Source: Mytilus trossulus (taxonomy: Eukaryota). Taken from it: a stretch of DNA of 64,000 bases. This document shows, piece by piece, positions 52,101-64,000 of this stretch. The first letter of the stretch is position 1. Each line of letters starts with the position of its first letter. Made by a program: the position numbers and the translations under genes. The DNA lies in NCBI RefSeq assembly GCF_036588685.1, contig NC_086376.1, positions 40,548,001 through 40,612,000 on the forward strand, given 5' to 3'. The notes below the pieces were generated by a model that was not told the DNA's origin, ran no database searches, and saw only the letters and a program-made list of their open reading frames with translations.

Positions 52101-55100
52101 TGTGAATAACTAATACAGGAACACACAGACAGGAAATTAAATACCCCGTATATGAGGGAGATTGATACAAACTGTGCTGGCAAATACAAATATGCATAGC
52201 AATACATAATAAATACTATGCTAGCTAATATAACATTGTGTACTGTTTTATGACATATTATCACTCTATGGTAGGAAATGTCATGGAAACATCTTTGGAA
52301 AGTGTTTTTTTTTAATAATTATAAAAGTTAATTTTGTGACATGATATTGAAATAGAAACTGTGTAATTAAACTATTCTGTTTAAGTTTGGGTCGCACATG
52401 AACAACAGAAAGTGTAGATGATGTAAAATTACCATTGCCATGGCTGCTTAAATGTAGAGGAGCAGAGCACCAAGGAACCATTGTTGGTAATATTGTTTTG
52501 GATTCACTGAGCTTCAGTAGGGATTAAATAGTATAACTGTACAATTAATTCATTAAAACAAATAAACTTATATTTATACCAACTGCTGATGAATTATTAT
52601 AACTATAAGAGCAAAAGAGAATGTTTCAAATTAAATGATTTTAAATCCTAGCAAAATAATAACCTGTTTGACTAGGGCTACCATCTTTACTATAAGCATT
52701 ATGCTGGAGGTCTCTGGTGGATAATGGATATTTCTGAAAAGACAATCAATTAAATAAAATGAGCCTGACTTATTTCATAACGTCATCTTAAACATGATAG
52801 AAAATGACTTTGTTTTCGTAGCAAAATATAGTACAAGCTCATTTAGTTACAACAAATTCTTGGTGGTTAATTTTCAAAAAATGTTTGCAATCTTCAGCGC
52901 TTTACTCTAAAATGTCTCTCTTTTTTTACATACATTATATATGAACTTTTGGTAAATCAGAAATCATTTCCAATGTCCAAGTATAATCTTTTTTAACAAC
53001 AACTAACTAGTTTTTCACATTATTGAAAGTGATTTTTCACTAAAATGCATTATTTACAAGTTTTTCCATGACACAAATTGTAGGTTGTTTCTCCCTATAT
53101 CCCCCCCCAAAAAAAAACCACCAAATAATAGAAAAATTTTGATTTTTTTTTCTTCTAGTAAATTTTGGATCATTTGAATAGGTTTTTACCATTTTCCAGC
53201 TAAAGAACATAATCATGAACACATTCTGTTTGCTTAGAAATACCTGTTTATATTATTTTCCTGCTCACGAACATTATCAACGAATACATTTGTTTAGAAT
53301 TAAGAGAGCAACTAAAGGTTTGATTCATTTTGTCAACAATTATACATTTGTAGGTCACCATTTTGATTTTGGTAAAAAAAAAAGCCATGTCAAGTGTATA
53401 AAATGTACATTTGTTTAAAACAACCTAACTGAAGGGTGAGATATCATTGTTAACATCCTCTAGAGTTAATACAACTTTTATTCACCTCCAGGTTTCCTGC
53501 AGCCTAGCTAAAGGATGATCATTGTCTTCGTTTAGTCTACTAGGACCCATACACAAGACTTGATGATATTCATTCCATGCCATGTTTCTACATAACTCAC
53601 AGCAATATGTCACCTGTAAAATGAAAATTCATATTTATAATTGAATTTATAAGTGAGTTTTCGCTTTTAATAACAATAGTCTGTTATGATCATGATGATT
53701 AGGGACTCAGGGTAAATAATAACTATTATTCATCAGGATATTTCTCATGTGTATGTCTGTATGATGCCATTGTAGTAAATAATCAATGATTGACATTTAT
53801 GATAATATATTGGATTGATTAGAATTTTTCTCACTTTTTTTTCGCAATAGTGAATGGTGCTAAAATTAGGAATGCACTCAAAAATATCTAAAAGTGTTGA
53901 TTCATTATTACAATGTCATGAATGTATTTATGAGATACCAAATGTTGTTATTTGATCAAAATACAGATCCTGAGTCAAGGATTTTCTTATAAAGATCTGA
54001 CTACATCCTGTTTTACTTTCTATTCTGGTGTATTTTACATCAGCCAAGGCAATTGTAGTCCTTAAACTTTTGATAGTGTGTATTAATCCAATAATACTGG
54101 GGGTATCAGGAAAGGTCTTAAAAATATAAAGTAGAAAGGAGTGTTTTCAGATCCTTTTTAGCAAACCTTGACATGTATTTTAGATAGAATATTTTGAAAA
54201 TTTCATGGGTATATGTTAAAACAACAAGTTAAAATGTTTAATGCAGTACATTGTCACAAGTTCCACAGGGTTGTATCTGCAGTTTTTGGCAAGAACATGC
54301 TATAAAATATCAAAGAACAAACTATTTAACTTCTTTCATGAAAAAATAAAATCCTCCACTCATACAGCAAATATCGAAGACATAGCTCTGCACTTTACAG
54401 AACCCTTTAGCTTGCAATAATTTTTTGACACATCTGTGGCCTGTTACAAGGAAAAGATTCAACCCCTATCCTGAGTGCCTTAGCATACTATTATTTTCCA
54501 GGAGCTGTACAAATTTCCTGCCCTTTATCCCTCTCCTTACCTACCTATTTAATTAATTGTTACTGTTAATTCAGAAATTATCGCGATGTTTTTATTATTG
54601 CAACAAATGCAACAGGGTTATATTCACAATAATTCTTATTCCTTTTTCTGATTATTTTTATATGAATTAAATAAAAAAAAATCTCAATATCACAAAAATA
54701 AAAAATTGCATTTTAATAAAAAATTACAAAATCTCAACATTACAAATGCAGGTCATAACTTCTGAATTTACAGTAATAATTTCTCATTCTGAATATGTGA
54801 AATAATTGCCACTGAACATTAATCAGTCAACGCTCAATTAATCTTTTCACAACTTAGTTACCTGACAACCAGGACAATCCACATATGTTGACTGATCAGT
54901 AATATCACATTCCGGATGTGGAAGACTTAAATGTGGATTTGTTGATAATCTACGAGCTTGTTCTTCTACTGTTTCTAATGATTTCATACAGTATTCACAT
55001 GCTTTGTATTTGTACAACTCATTCCATAGAAACTGTGTGGAAACAATGGGTGTCTCTTCAAAAATAACATCACCTTTGTTTATGTTTTTCTTTGCAAACA

Positions 55101-58100
55101 AGCCTTTTCCCTGGAAAAAAATAATATGTATATCATGAAATGCCAATCCTAAAAAATAATCTTTTGCAAGAAACATTTTAATTTTATAATAACTTTTACC
55201 ATGGTTGCAAACTTAAGGTGTCTTCCTCCATTTGGATTTTGAATTAGCAGAAAAAAATCAATTCGGTCTAGATCTTTAATGAAATGAGCAAATTTCGAGA
55301 GTAGTATGTATTTCATATGCAAGACTTTTCATGTTAATATTGAAAATAATGAGTTTTATCATATTTACGCCTACATACATGACATATTACAAATGAAAGT
55401 GATTTTTTGGTTTTATCAATTTTTTTCCAAACTTTTCCATGTAAGGGTAGATAACTCAGATAAAGAAATCTTTATAGAAGAATGTGTTGTGTGAATTTAT
55501 TTTTTTTATTATGTAGGAAGTTTGGAAAGAATACATGTACATGTATGTAACATAAATTATCTCAACTAAATCTTCAATATATAAGGACACAAATTCTTGC
55601 TACAATTGACTTATACATTGTACATCAAGCATCAACCTACAATTTTTGTATTGTTTTTTTTATGACTAAGCCAAGGGCAAAACATTTGTTGACAGAAGGT
55701 CATTACAAGAAAGGAAACATGAACTTTAAACACTTGAAAACTGTAAAACTCTTTATTTTTTTTACAAGATTTCTAAGCTCTAGTAGTTATACCAAGATGA
55801 GGAAAATGAAGCTGATGACTCATTGAACCAAGGGTCTGGAAACAGTCATATATGCCAGTCATTACTGATTTGGAAACTCAAAAGTCCGAAATGAATTGTT
55901 GGGATTTAGGTTTTTTTTTTTTTTTTTACAGAAATAATTTCGGTCATTTCGTTGAGATCAGTTTTCTTAATCGCCATTTTGAACTTATATTTGTTTTGTT
56001 ATCCTTTTCAAGGATTTGTATACAAATCCTTGTCCTTTTCCTGCAATAAAACTGCCACTCCAGTATAGTGTTATAATCCTGAGGGCCATCACTTTTGTTA
56101 TGCCTCAGGGGAATATTGTCTAATGATCGCTAACCTCTTTACCTGTGTTTTTAATTTATATTGGACTTTTGATCACAAGCTCTGAATTAAATTGTAAATA
56201 AACTCAAATTCCACAACTGTTTTCATTATTTATTTTTTCAGCTAAGGCAATGTCAATTCTGATTTAAAACTTGATTTAATTTACGTAGAAAAAAGTATTT
56301 TTTCACTTTTAACGCACATGCTTTTTACCATGTAATACACATGCTTGATATTCTTTTCCGCAAATTAGACACTAAATTGTAAATTTAAAATGATTTCATG
56401 CTAAATAAAGCAAGTGCAACTATTTTCATTAATAATATTACACCATTAAAGGCAATATATTAAAAAGTCGATGATTTCCTGTGAATTTGATAAACAAAAC
56501 TAATCCCTCAAATGAGTCCGATTGTTCGTTGTAATATTGTTGCATTACATCCGGATGGAATTTCGACTTCAGAATCGAAAGAAACTCAAGCGATGACAGA
56601 GAAAATTATCGTTTTGAGCCATTAAAATCATTTCAATTTTAAACTGTTACCTTCCCTTAATTTCTCTTGATTGATCTTTGAAAAATAGAAGGATAAATCA
56701 TGAAGTAAATGCGATGCAACAGTGAAACAAGTGCGTTGATACTACGAGTATGAGCATACTTATGCATAGCTGCGGAACCATAGCTTTAACGGGTCCTTTT
56801 TCTACTATTTGCGGACCACAGTAATGAGATTTTGACAATATTTTTTTGGAAAGGGGCACCAACTTTGAAGTTATGTAAAATGACGGAAATTAGGTGAAAA
56901 AATTTCCGGATCCTTGCATTGAACACATACAGGTACATGAACATGATGAAGGTGTATTTCAAAAACTGGTTTATACACATGATACATGAGGGTAATAAAA
57001 GGGGTACCTTCATGAAGAATAAAGGTAAAAAATCTTGCCAAAATGATATGTTAACAGTAATATTTGGTGCGCATTATGAAAAAAGTCTTCTGATTTTAAC
57101 GAACCACCTAAAATTCTTCGAAAACGGTAACAATAACTATTTCAGAAATAACCAGGAAATGCAGGAGTCGAATTTTTTTAACTTTTTGTATCCTGGCAAG
57201 ACGGAACAGTGGAATAAAAAATCTACTAGTTAGGCTGCAAATCTTAACTGGTCCTGCAAATATGACATTCATTTGACAAACACTTAACAATTTCATAAAA
57301 CAATATTTTATATTAATTTCTTCAAGTTAACAGGAAATAATATTTTATTTTCAATGTATACAAATAACCTCTTTGACATGCTGTTGACATTAATAAACTC
57401 GATTAATTGTAATACTTAGTACCTCCAGTACAGTGTAAATGATTTCGCAAGCAAATTTGTTTGCAAACAAACCAATATTGAAATGCAATCAGTGAGTTAA
57501 ATTATCGACAAGTTTCTACTGGTCCACTGGACCACCAGCAGACAAAATCTACTTCTCCAACACAAATTCTTCTGGTCTATGACCGCAGGACCAGCATCAA
57601 TTTCAACCCCTGGAAATAACTCTGACCAATCCTGATATACAATGTGTATGACATAACTTGACATGAGGAAAATAAATCTTTAATCAATTTCACACAAACA
57701 TTAGCTGAAAAGTACTGTTTCACGCCTGACAGTAAAGGTACATTTTTACCCTTTACATATATATGTAGTGATGAACCAAATTAGGGTTGTTGAAGTAATG
57801 ACTAAATGAATGACAGGTGAGGTGTGATAGGTCTGAGGAAATGAATTCTAGACAGTTCGGCACCCAGACAAATCGGTACCCGGACAAATCGGCACCTACC
57901 ATAGACAAATCGGCACCCGTGAAAGACAAATCGGCATCCAGAAAAATCGGCAACTAGACAAATCGGCACCTAACATAGACAAATCGGCACCTAACATAGA
58001 CAAATCGGCACCTAACATAGACAAATCGGCACCTTATAAATTATATATCTTTGATCTTTATATAGTGAACCAAAATTAAAATTTGCTGGCACTGTTTATG

Positions 58101-59034
58101 TATGAGGGCATTTTGGTGTTCACAATTATGTTTGAGTGTTATTTATTTGTCTCCTGCACTATTTATAACATTATTGTCAATTTTGTACATAGTTTCTTTG
58201 AATATTTATCTTATTAAGTGGTTTATTCCTTTTAGTTATTTGTTTGGCACCCAGACAAATCTTTGAATATGTATCTTATTAAGTGGTTTATTCCTTTTAG
58301 TTATTTGTTCGGCACCCAGACAAATCTTTGAATATGTATCTTATTAACCCTTACCATGCGGAATTGTTTTTAGAAAATGTCTAATTTTCGTTTATTTGCC
58401 AAAATATGCAAATTTTTTTGGCAGGAATTTGCCCCAAAGTGGGTCAACAGGTGCAAAAAGCGTCAATTTTGCCGATTTTTCACCCCTTCTCTTGACCCAG
58501 AAGACCCAGGGTTGCTGGTTAAGGTATCCAGCTGTAGCCTGCGTGTAGAGTGGACCCTAGTGAACAAATTGACCCCGACAGTTGTTAGGTCGGAGTGAAT
58601 CTGATCTTGATTCATCAGTCTAAAGAAGGTCATTTGGTGATGATTATTCTTTTTGTAATGCATATTTTATATACGAATTATAATATCATGCAACAATTCT
58701 TTATTTTTTGATAATAAATTTATTTTTGAAAACGAGGTGCCAGATTGTCTTGGTGCCGATTTGTGCGGATACCGAAATGTCCAAAATGGATGCCGAAATG
58801 TCTTCGGACTTGGGTGCCGATTTGTCTGGGTGCCGATTTGTCTTGTTACCTGAGGAAATTTGTAGATTGGAGGAGTGCATGAACAGTTTATCAGTACTTT
58901 ATCAGAAGATTGAGGATTGAGGAGTAAATTTGTGACTTAATTATTATATTCATCTGAAAATGTGTTCCCCTCATTACTTTTAGTTCATCAATAAGTTGTA
59001 TTTCTACAATTTCTGTGCTGTTTTTCAACTCCAT
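43189..59034 (-). CDS. SMYD5: SET and MYND domain-containing lysine methyltransferase SMYD5 (393 aa, 12 exons)
   Basis: Exons 59034-58978, 55110-54862, 53613-53486, 52733-52664, 51799-51695, 51291-51229, 50241-50171, 48401-48295, 46533-46477, 45138-45044, 44367-44297, 43297-43189; all GT-AG and in phase (1182 nt). Motifs [81 protein letters not shown], acidic tail. Confidence 0.96.
45159..46007. mobile_element. Tc1/mariner-type MITE (TA TSD)
   Basis: TA-CTGTGGATTCATTT ... AAATGAATCCACAG-TA; internal CCACGAA/TTCGTGG repeats. Confidence 0.8.
47317..48227. mobile_element. Kolobok-like MITE, family A, with an internal insertion
   Basis: GGGGGCTCGCG ... AGCCTCC-TTAA; 47875-48227 is colinear with 3615-4063. 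Confidence 0.65.
49572..50141. repeat. 64-bp minisatellite, about 9 copies, in SMYD5 intron 7
   Basis: Unit AACTTAACATTGAGCAAAAGATGTGCAA(T/C)CAAGCA(AT/TC)ATAATTCAATTATCCTAAAATTTTAAT starting at 49572, 49636, 49700 ... 50084. Confidence 0.95.
57843..58849. mobile_element. MULE/Mutator-type non-autonomous element
   Basis: Perfect 10-bp TSD CTGAGGAAAT (57833-57842 and 58850-58859); G..C termini; inverted subterminal arrays of GACAAATCGGCACC. Confidence 0.8.
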
Positions 59035-59352
59035 TTCTATTTGGTGAACCGAAGACGGAACGGAAATAATACGAACATAAATATTAGTGTTATTTTTCTT
59101 TTAAATAATAATGAAATGTCACCAAAAATATAAATCATATATAAATGACCAAAATGAAGAAATTTATTCTAGTTATTTTGTTCAAATCTTTAAAGAACGA
59201 CCGTTTGTAAATAAAATTAAACGCGGAATTACATCTAATCCGATTTAAGTTTTTGTTTAGAATCCCATTGACAACTTCCGCCACATGTTCATTATTTTAT
59301 TTTTAATTTTGATATAAGAAAAAACAAGCATTTTCTTGTTTTTAATTACTTG
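59035..59352. promoter_or_regulatory. Probable bidirectional promoter of SMYD5 and LYAR
   Basis: Divergent genes; ETS-like CGGAACGGAAAT (about 59056) and ACTTCCG (59274-59280); candidate LYAR non-coding exon donor G/GTAAGG at 59353. Confidence 0.5.
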
Positions 59353-60323
59353 GTAAGGTGTGTATGATATCAAACCATTCATCATATAAATTTAGGTTAT
59401 GATATTATATGATGACAAACGCAGAGTGCTCGAACATTTTGATAAAAAAAAGTTCTAAAATGTAGAAAAATGTATTATACATTTGTTTCAATTACACAGT
59501 TGATTGTTTCAAAACACTGACAGCTTCAACTTTACATGACATGGCAACAGGTCGGACCGTCCAACAGGCAACCATAAACCTATTAAAGTTTGGTTGCTAT
59601 GATATATAATTTGAATGTTTCAACATTGTCTCATCTCATGTCTCCATTTTTTTTAATTTATAATGTACATGTACACAACTCTTCTTTGTAATCAAAGTTC
59701 TTCGTCTTAGATATGTAAGCATTCTGTTAGCTTTTCTTCATACATACAGATTTGTATAAATATCAATAATATTACATTCCAAACATGAAAAATCCTTGTT
59801 GGAATTAACTGATTTGTGTATATATGTTTTCCTTCTTGCCTTCATGTATTGGCCATACACTGCTGGCCTATAACATAAGATTTATCTACAAATGTAATAC
59901 ATTTACTCTTTCACAAAATGTTTAAGGGCCCCATATGCATGATGTAATGATAATAAACATGTGGATATGTATAAATCAAATGTCAAATTACAAAAATACT
60001 CAACTCCAAGGAAAATTCAAAACAGAAAATCCCTTATTGGTGGTATAATCAAAAGCTTAAACTCAAAACAACTGTCACATTCTTGACTTGGAACAGGCTT
60101 TAAGTAAATGGTGGATTAAATCTGGGTTTAAGGCTAGCTAAACGGCACACTTGTATGACAGTTGTATATGAATCCATTATATTGACAATGATGCGTGAAC
60201 AAAAAAGACAGACATAAAAGGAAAAAAAAGTCAAAAATTGGGGTACAACAGTCAACATTGGGGTATTAACTTAATCACAATAAAAATCATTCATACATTG
60301 TACATGTACTTTCAGAGGTTGAG

Positions 60324-62891
60324 ATGGTGGTGTTTACTTGCAGCCAGTGTAACGAATCACTGAAGAAGAATCAAGTAGAAAAACATTTTCAGACAAGATG
60401 TCGTAACTGCAATATGATATCATGTGTTGACTGTGGAAAAGATTTCTGGTTGGTATATTATATACATTTGCATAGGTTTATTTTTAGCTCACCTGGCCTA
60501 AAAGGCCATGTGAGCTTTTCTCATCACTTGGCGTCCGTCGTCGACGACGTTGTCTGTCGTCGTTAACAATTTTTCAAACATCTTCTTCTCTGAAACTACT
60601 GAATGGATTTGAATGAAACTTAGCATGATTGTTCCTTAGTATATCCTGCACAAAGTTTGCGCTTCGATTTTTGATCTGTCAAAAAACATGGCCGCCGTTA
60701 CTTAATAGAACATAGGGGTCAAATGCAGTTTTTGGCTTATATCTCAAAAACGAAATCATTTTGAGCAAATCTGACATGGGGTAAAAATGTTCATTAGATC
60801 AAGATCTATCAGCCCTGAAATTTTCAGATGAATCAAACAAACCATTGTTGGGTTGCTGCCACTTAATTGGTAATTTTAAGGAAATTTTGCAGTTTTTGGT
60901 CATTATCGTGAATATTATTATAGATAAAGATAAACTGTAAACAGAAAAAATGATCAGCAAAGTAAGATCTACAAATAAGTTAATATGACCAAAATTGTCA
61001 ATTGGGGTTATTGTCCTTTAATGACAATTTTTCACAATTTGTTCATTATATTTGCTAACTTTAAAAAATCTTCTCCTCTGAAACTACTGAATGGATTTGG
61101 ATGAAACTTAGCATGATTGTTCCTTAGTATATCCTGCACAAAGTTTGCGCTTCGATTTTTGATCCGTCAAAAATTATGGCCGCCGTTACTTAAAATAGAA
61201 CATAGGGGTCAAATGTAGTTTTTGGCTTATATCTCAAAACTGAAAGCATTTAGAGCGAATCTGACATGGGGTAAAAATGTTCATTAGGTCAATATCTATC
61301 ACTTTTAAAATTTTCAGATGAATCAAACAACCCATTGTTGGGTTGCTGCCACTTAATTGGTAATTTAAAGGAAATTTTGCAGTTTTTGGTCATTATCTTG
61401 AATATTATTATAGATACAATTAAACTGTTAATAGCAAAAATGTTAAGCAAAGTAAGATCTACAAATAAGTCAATTTGACCAAAATTGTCAATTAACCTCT
61501 TAAGGAGTTGTTGCCCTTTAAAGACTTTTTTCACAATTTGTTCATAATGTTGACTTACTTTAAAAAATCTTCTCCTTTGAAACTGCTGTATCAATTTCAG
61601 CCAAACTTAGGCTAAATGAGTTTCAGAGTTTCAGAGTATCTAGTATAAATTTTATATTTCATTTCCTTGTATGTCAAGAAACATAGCTCCTATGGCTAAA
61701 ATAGAACATAGGAGAAAATGATTATTTTTTTGCTTTTGGAAGAAATTAGGACGATTCAAAGAACATTTAAATAAATTGAAAAACCAAAATAATCATTGAT
61801 GAGAGATTAAACCAAAAAAATTCAGGTGAGCGATTCAGGCTCTTGAGAGCCTCTTGTTTGTTTAGAGTTGTCTCCCTTGTCAAACATTCTAGAAAGGGGA
61901 CTAATGTTATGGAGTTAATTTATATTTATTTGATAGAAAAATAAATTTACCTCAATCATGTGTCAATATGAAAAAATAAGAAGATGGGGTATGATTTGCA
62001 ATAAGACAACTCTCCACCAGGGATCCATACCTGTCAACCTGTGAGGATTAAAATGCAGGTCATGACCCGCATTGAAGAATAAAATCTCAGGTCATAACGC
62101 GTACAAACTTTTTTGAGCTGAATTTCAGTATTTTTGGTACATTTTCTTATAATGTATATCAAAGATACCAAAACATTAATGCATGTTGACTTGGTTAAGT
62201 TTTTTTTTTATCAAATGTTGGCATAGGTTGAAGACACCGGTGAAACCAGGTCATTTTCGGAATTCTCTGGTTATTTCAATGACCCAACGGGTGTCCCGGG
62301 TGATCCCTCAGAATTGTGAAAATCTCGGGTCACACCCGCAGAATACGGGTCAGTTGACAGGTATGGGGATCAAATCACTCAAAAGTTTGCAACTATAGGT
62401 GAACAAACTCCTTCAGTAATGAGCCATAAATTACAAACCAAGGTATACATGGCATTCTTCATTATATTATGTTAAACATTTCTTACTTACAAGAACAGTG
62501 AAATTAGATATCAATTAACACTTATCTCCCCTTAAAACTGACTACCTTCCTTACATAAAAATTATTTGGCAGTACAATGTACCAGTTAAAAAATTCATGT
62601 GAACTATCGGTATATCAAAATTATGGAAAAATCCTGATTCTTTTTTTGGATCAGAAGGGAAAATGTAATATGATTATGGTATCATTGAGATCTTCTCAAA
62701 ATTACAAATGCCTATTATCTGATTATGATACTGTGTAAAATAATCCTTATTCCTAACTTATTACTTACAGGGGAGATTCTTATGCAGAACACATAAAATG
62801 TATTAGTGAGGAAGAAAAGTATTCAGGGAAGAATTATAAACCAAAAGCAAATGCCAATAAAGGAGAAGTCAAACAAGAACAGTGGCTAGAG
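60324..62891 (+). CDS. LYAR: Cell growth-regulating nucleolar protein LYAR, 5' partial (continues past the window)
   Basis: Exons 60324-60448 and 62771-62891: MVVFTCSQCNESLKKNQVEKHFQTRCRNCNMISCVDCGKDFWGDSYAEHIKCISEEEKYSGKNY...NKGEVKQEQWLE, the tandem C2HC LYAR-type zinc fingers. Confidence 0.95.
60484..61858 (+). mobile_element. Complete HINE (pearl/DINE-1-like) with about 2 internal units of about 490 bp
   Basis: subTIR GCTCACCTG (60487) and CAGGTGAGC (61823), (GTC)n microsatellite, repeat anchors at 60591, 61079 and 61578, 3' hairpin AGGCTC-TTGA-GAGCCT, T-run flanks. Confidence 0.85.
62026..62365. mobile_element. MITE with 6-bp TSD, inserted in a dispersed repeat
   Basis: GGGATC-CATACCTGTCAAC ... 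GTTGACAGGTATG-GGGATC; its left end is also found at 46696-46795. Confidence 0.8.
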
Positions 62892-63089
62892 GTATGTAGT
62901 CCATAATGAAGGGAAAATCAGGGAAATAACTTATATTTGTGTGGGTAAATATTATGATAGGATTTTCTTTTGTAAATATTTTGTTTATTTGAACTACCTT
63001 CATAAAACTCCATAGATATGTTAGCAACAGTACTAGTCATACCAAAGACATAGCTTTTATATATATATTGAAATTTCTCAAATATTTAA

Positions 63090-63773
63090 AGGGGCACTAG
63101 TTGTCAAATTCATGGTCACCTATTTGACTCAAATTCTCATATTTGATTTATAACAATGTAAAACATTTATCCAAACTATCAAAAGTCTAAAATAAACAGT
63201 TTACAGAGCATGGGGTAGATAATATATAGGTTCGTTTGTCTGTATTTTAGTCCAGACGCCATCTAATTAACTATCGATTTGACCTCAGATGACGATATAA
63301 GCAATGTAAACATAAATAAAGATATGAATAGATTAAACCAACACCTGCAATTGGATTTTTATAGGTCTGTTTGATTATATTTTATGGATTAAAAATAGAT
63401 GTTTCTCATTGTTTTTAACCGTATAAGAGTGATTTTATGTGCATCGCATTAGTAATCAAATGATTTACCGTAGTTTCACTTTCATTGTTGACATTCTTTT
63501 TCTTTAAATAACCAATAAACGTACAATGCATGCGTTGTCAATCTCTAGCTAGGGGTTAATTTGAAGTTCACATGAATACGGATTTAAAGAGGTCGACTCA
63601 TTCACTTGCAAGTGAATTTACTAATTATCAATGTTTCTTAGCGTAATTTGACAAAATTGAACCTTTTTGGCTGTAAAAAGCAAATTGTTATTTCACTATA
63701 TCACTTTCATTATTGATTGAACAGAAAAAAATCAAACTTAAGATTTTTTATATATCTCGTAGCTAGTGCCCCT
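63090..63773. mobile_element. Kolobok-like MITE with TTAA TSD
   Basis: TTAA-AGGGGCACTAG ... CTAGTGCCCCT-TTAA. Confidence 0.8.
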
Positions 63774-64000
63774 TTAAGCATGTCATTGAAATACACAATT
63801 TTCTTGGGGTAAATATAAGCAAAATTTATTTCTGTTCTTTTATTTTATTTTTAAAAACCAATTAAACCAGCTATCTAACAACTGTAATAGGGAGGATAGG
63901 CCATCATAGGGTACAAACATGATAACTGTAAATATGAAGGTCTTTAAAAAACTTTTGTACAAGTAAAATAATGCGGTTTTTTAATGTTTGTATAGTGTAT

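Noticed and set aside
56143-56720. Candidate SMYD5 first exons at about 56.2 and 56.7 kb
   Set aside because: In-frame stops precede the donors; 59034-58978 gives an open phase-0 exon ([16 protein letters not shown]) that fits SMYD5.
57850-58035. Repeat-spacer pattern GACAAATCGGCACC resembling CRISPR or iterons
   Set aside because: Spacers are only a few bases and repetitive; the array is mirrored at 58735-58845 and bounded by a 10-bp TSD, so these are transposon subterminal repeats.
60449-60566. Extension of the LYAR ORF in the ORF track
   Set aside because: Read-through into the intron and HINE; homology continues at 62771.

Overview
Very AT-rich, intron-rich animal genomic DNA, most likely a bivalve such as Mytilus (inferred from the C1q-domain gene and the repeat types). 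Most ORF-track entries are spurious. Splicing by hand gives four complete genes and one partial gene: RAB28 (-, 6 coding exons, 223 aa), GOLGA7/Erf4 (+, 4 coding exons, 137 aa, with a U12-type minor intron), a secreted C1q-domain protein (-, 3 exons, about 167 aa), SMYD5 (-, 12 exons, 393 aa) and the 5' part of LYAR (+). RAB28/GOLGA7 and SMYD5/LYAR are head-to-head pairs. The first 7.4 kb holds two tandem, decayed copies of an intron-containing hAT (ZNF862-like) transposase. Introns and intergenic DNA carry nested non-autonomous elements: Helentron-type HINEs with internal tandem repeats, Kolobok-, Tc1/mariner-, hAT-, MULE- and PIF-like MITEs, elements ending in a long hairpin, a tRNA-headed SINE and a 64-bp minisatellite. 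The strongest leads are a TSD-flanked inverted Penelope-like fragment with a hammerhead ribozyme core, the GOLGA7 minor intron, four housekeeping genes whose human orthologues lie in the NK-homeobox paralogon, and an immune C1q gene bracketed by same-family HINEs. I cannot establish a wholly new biological system from the sequence alone.
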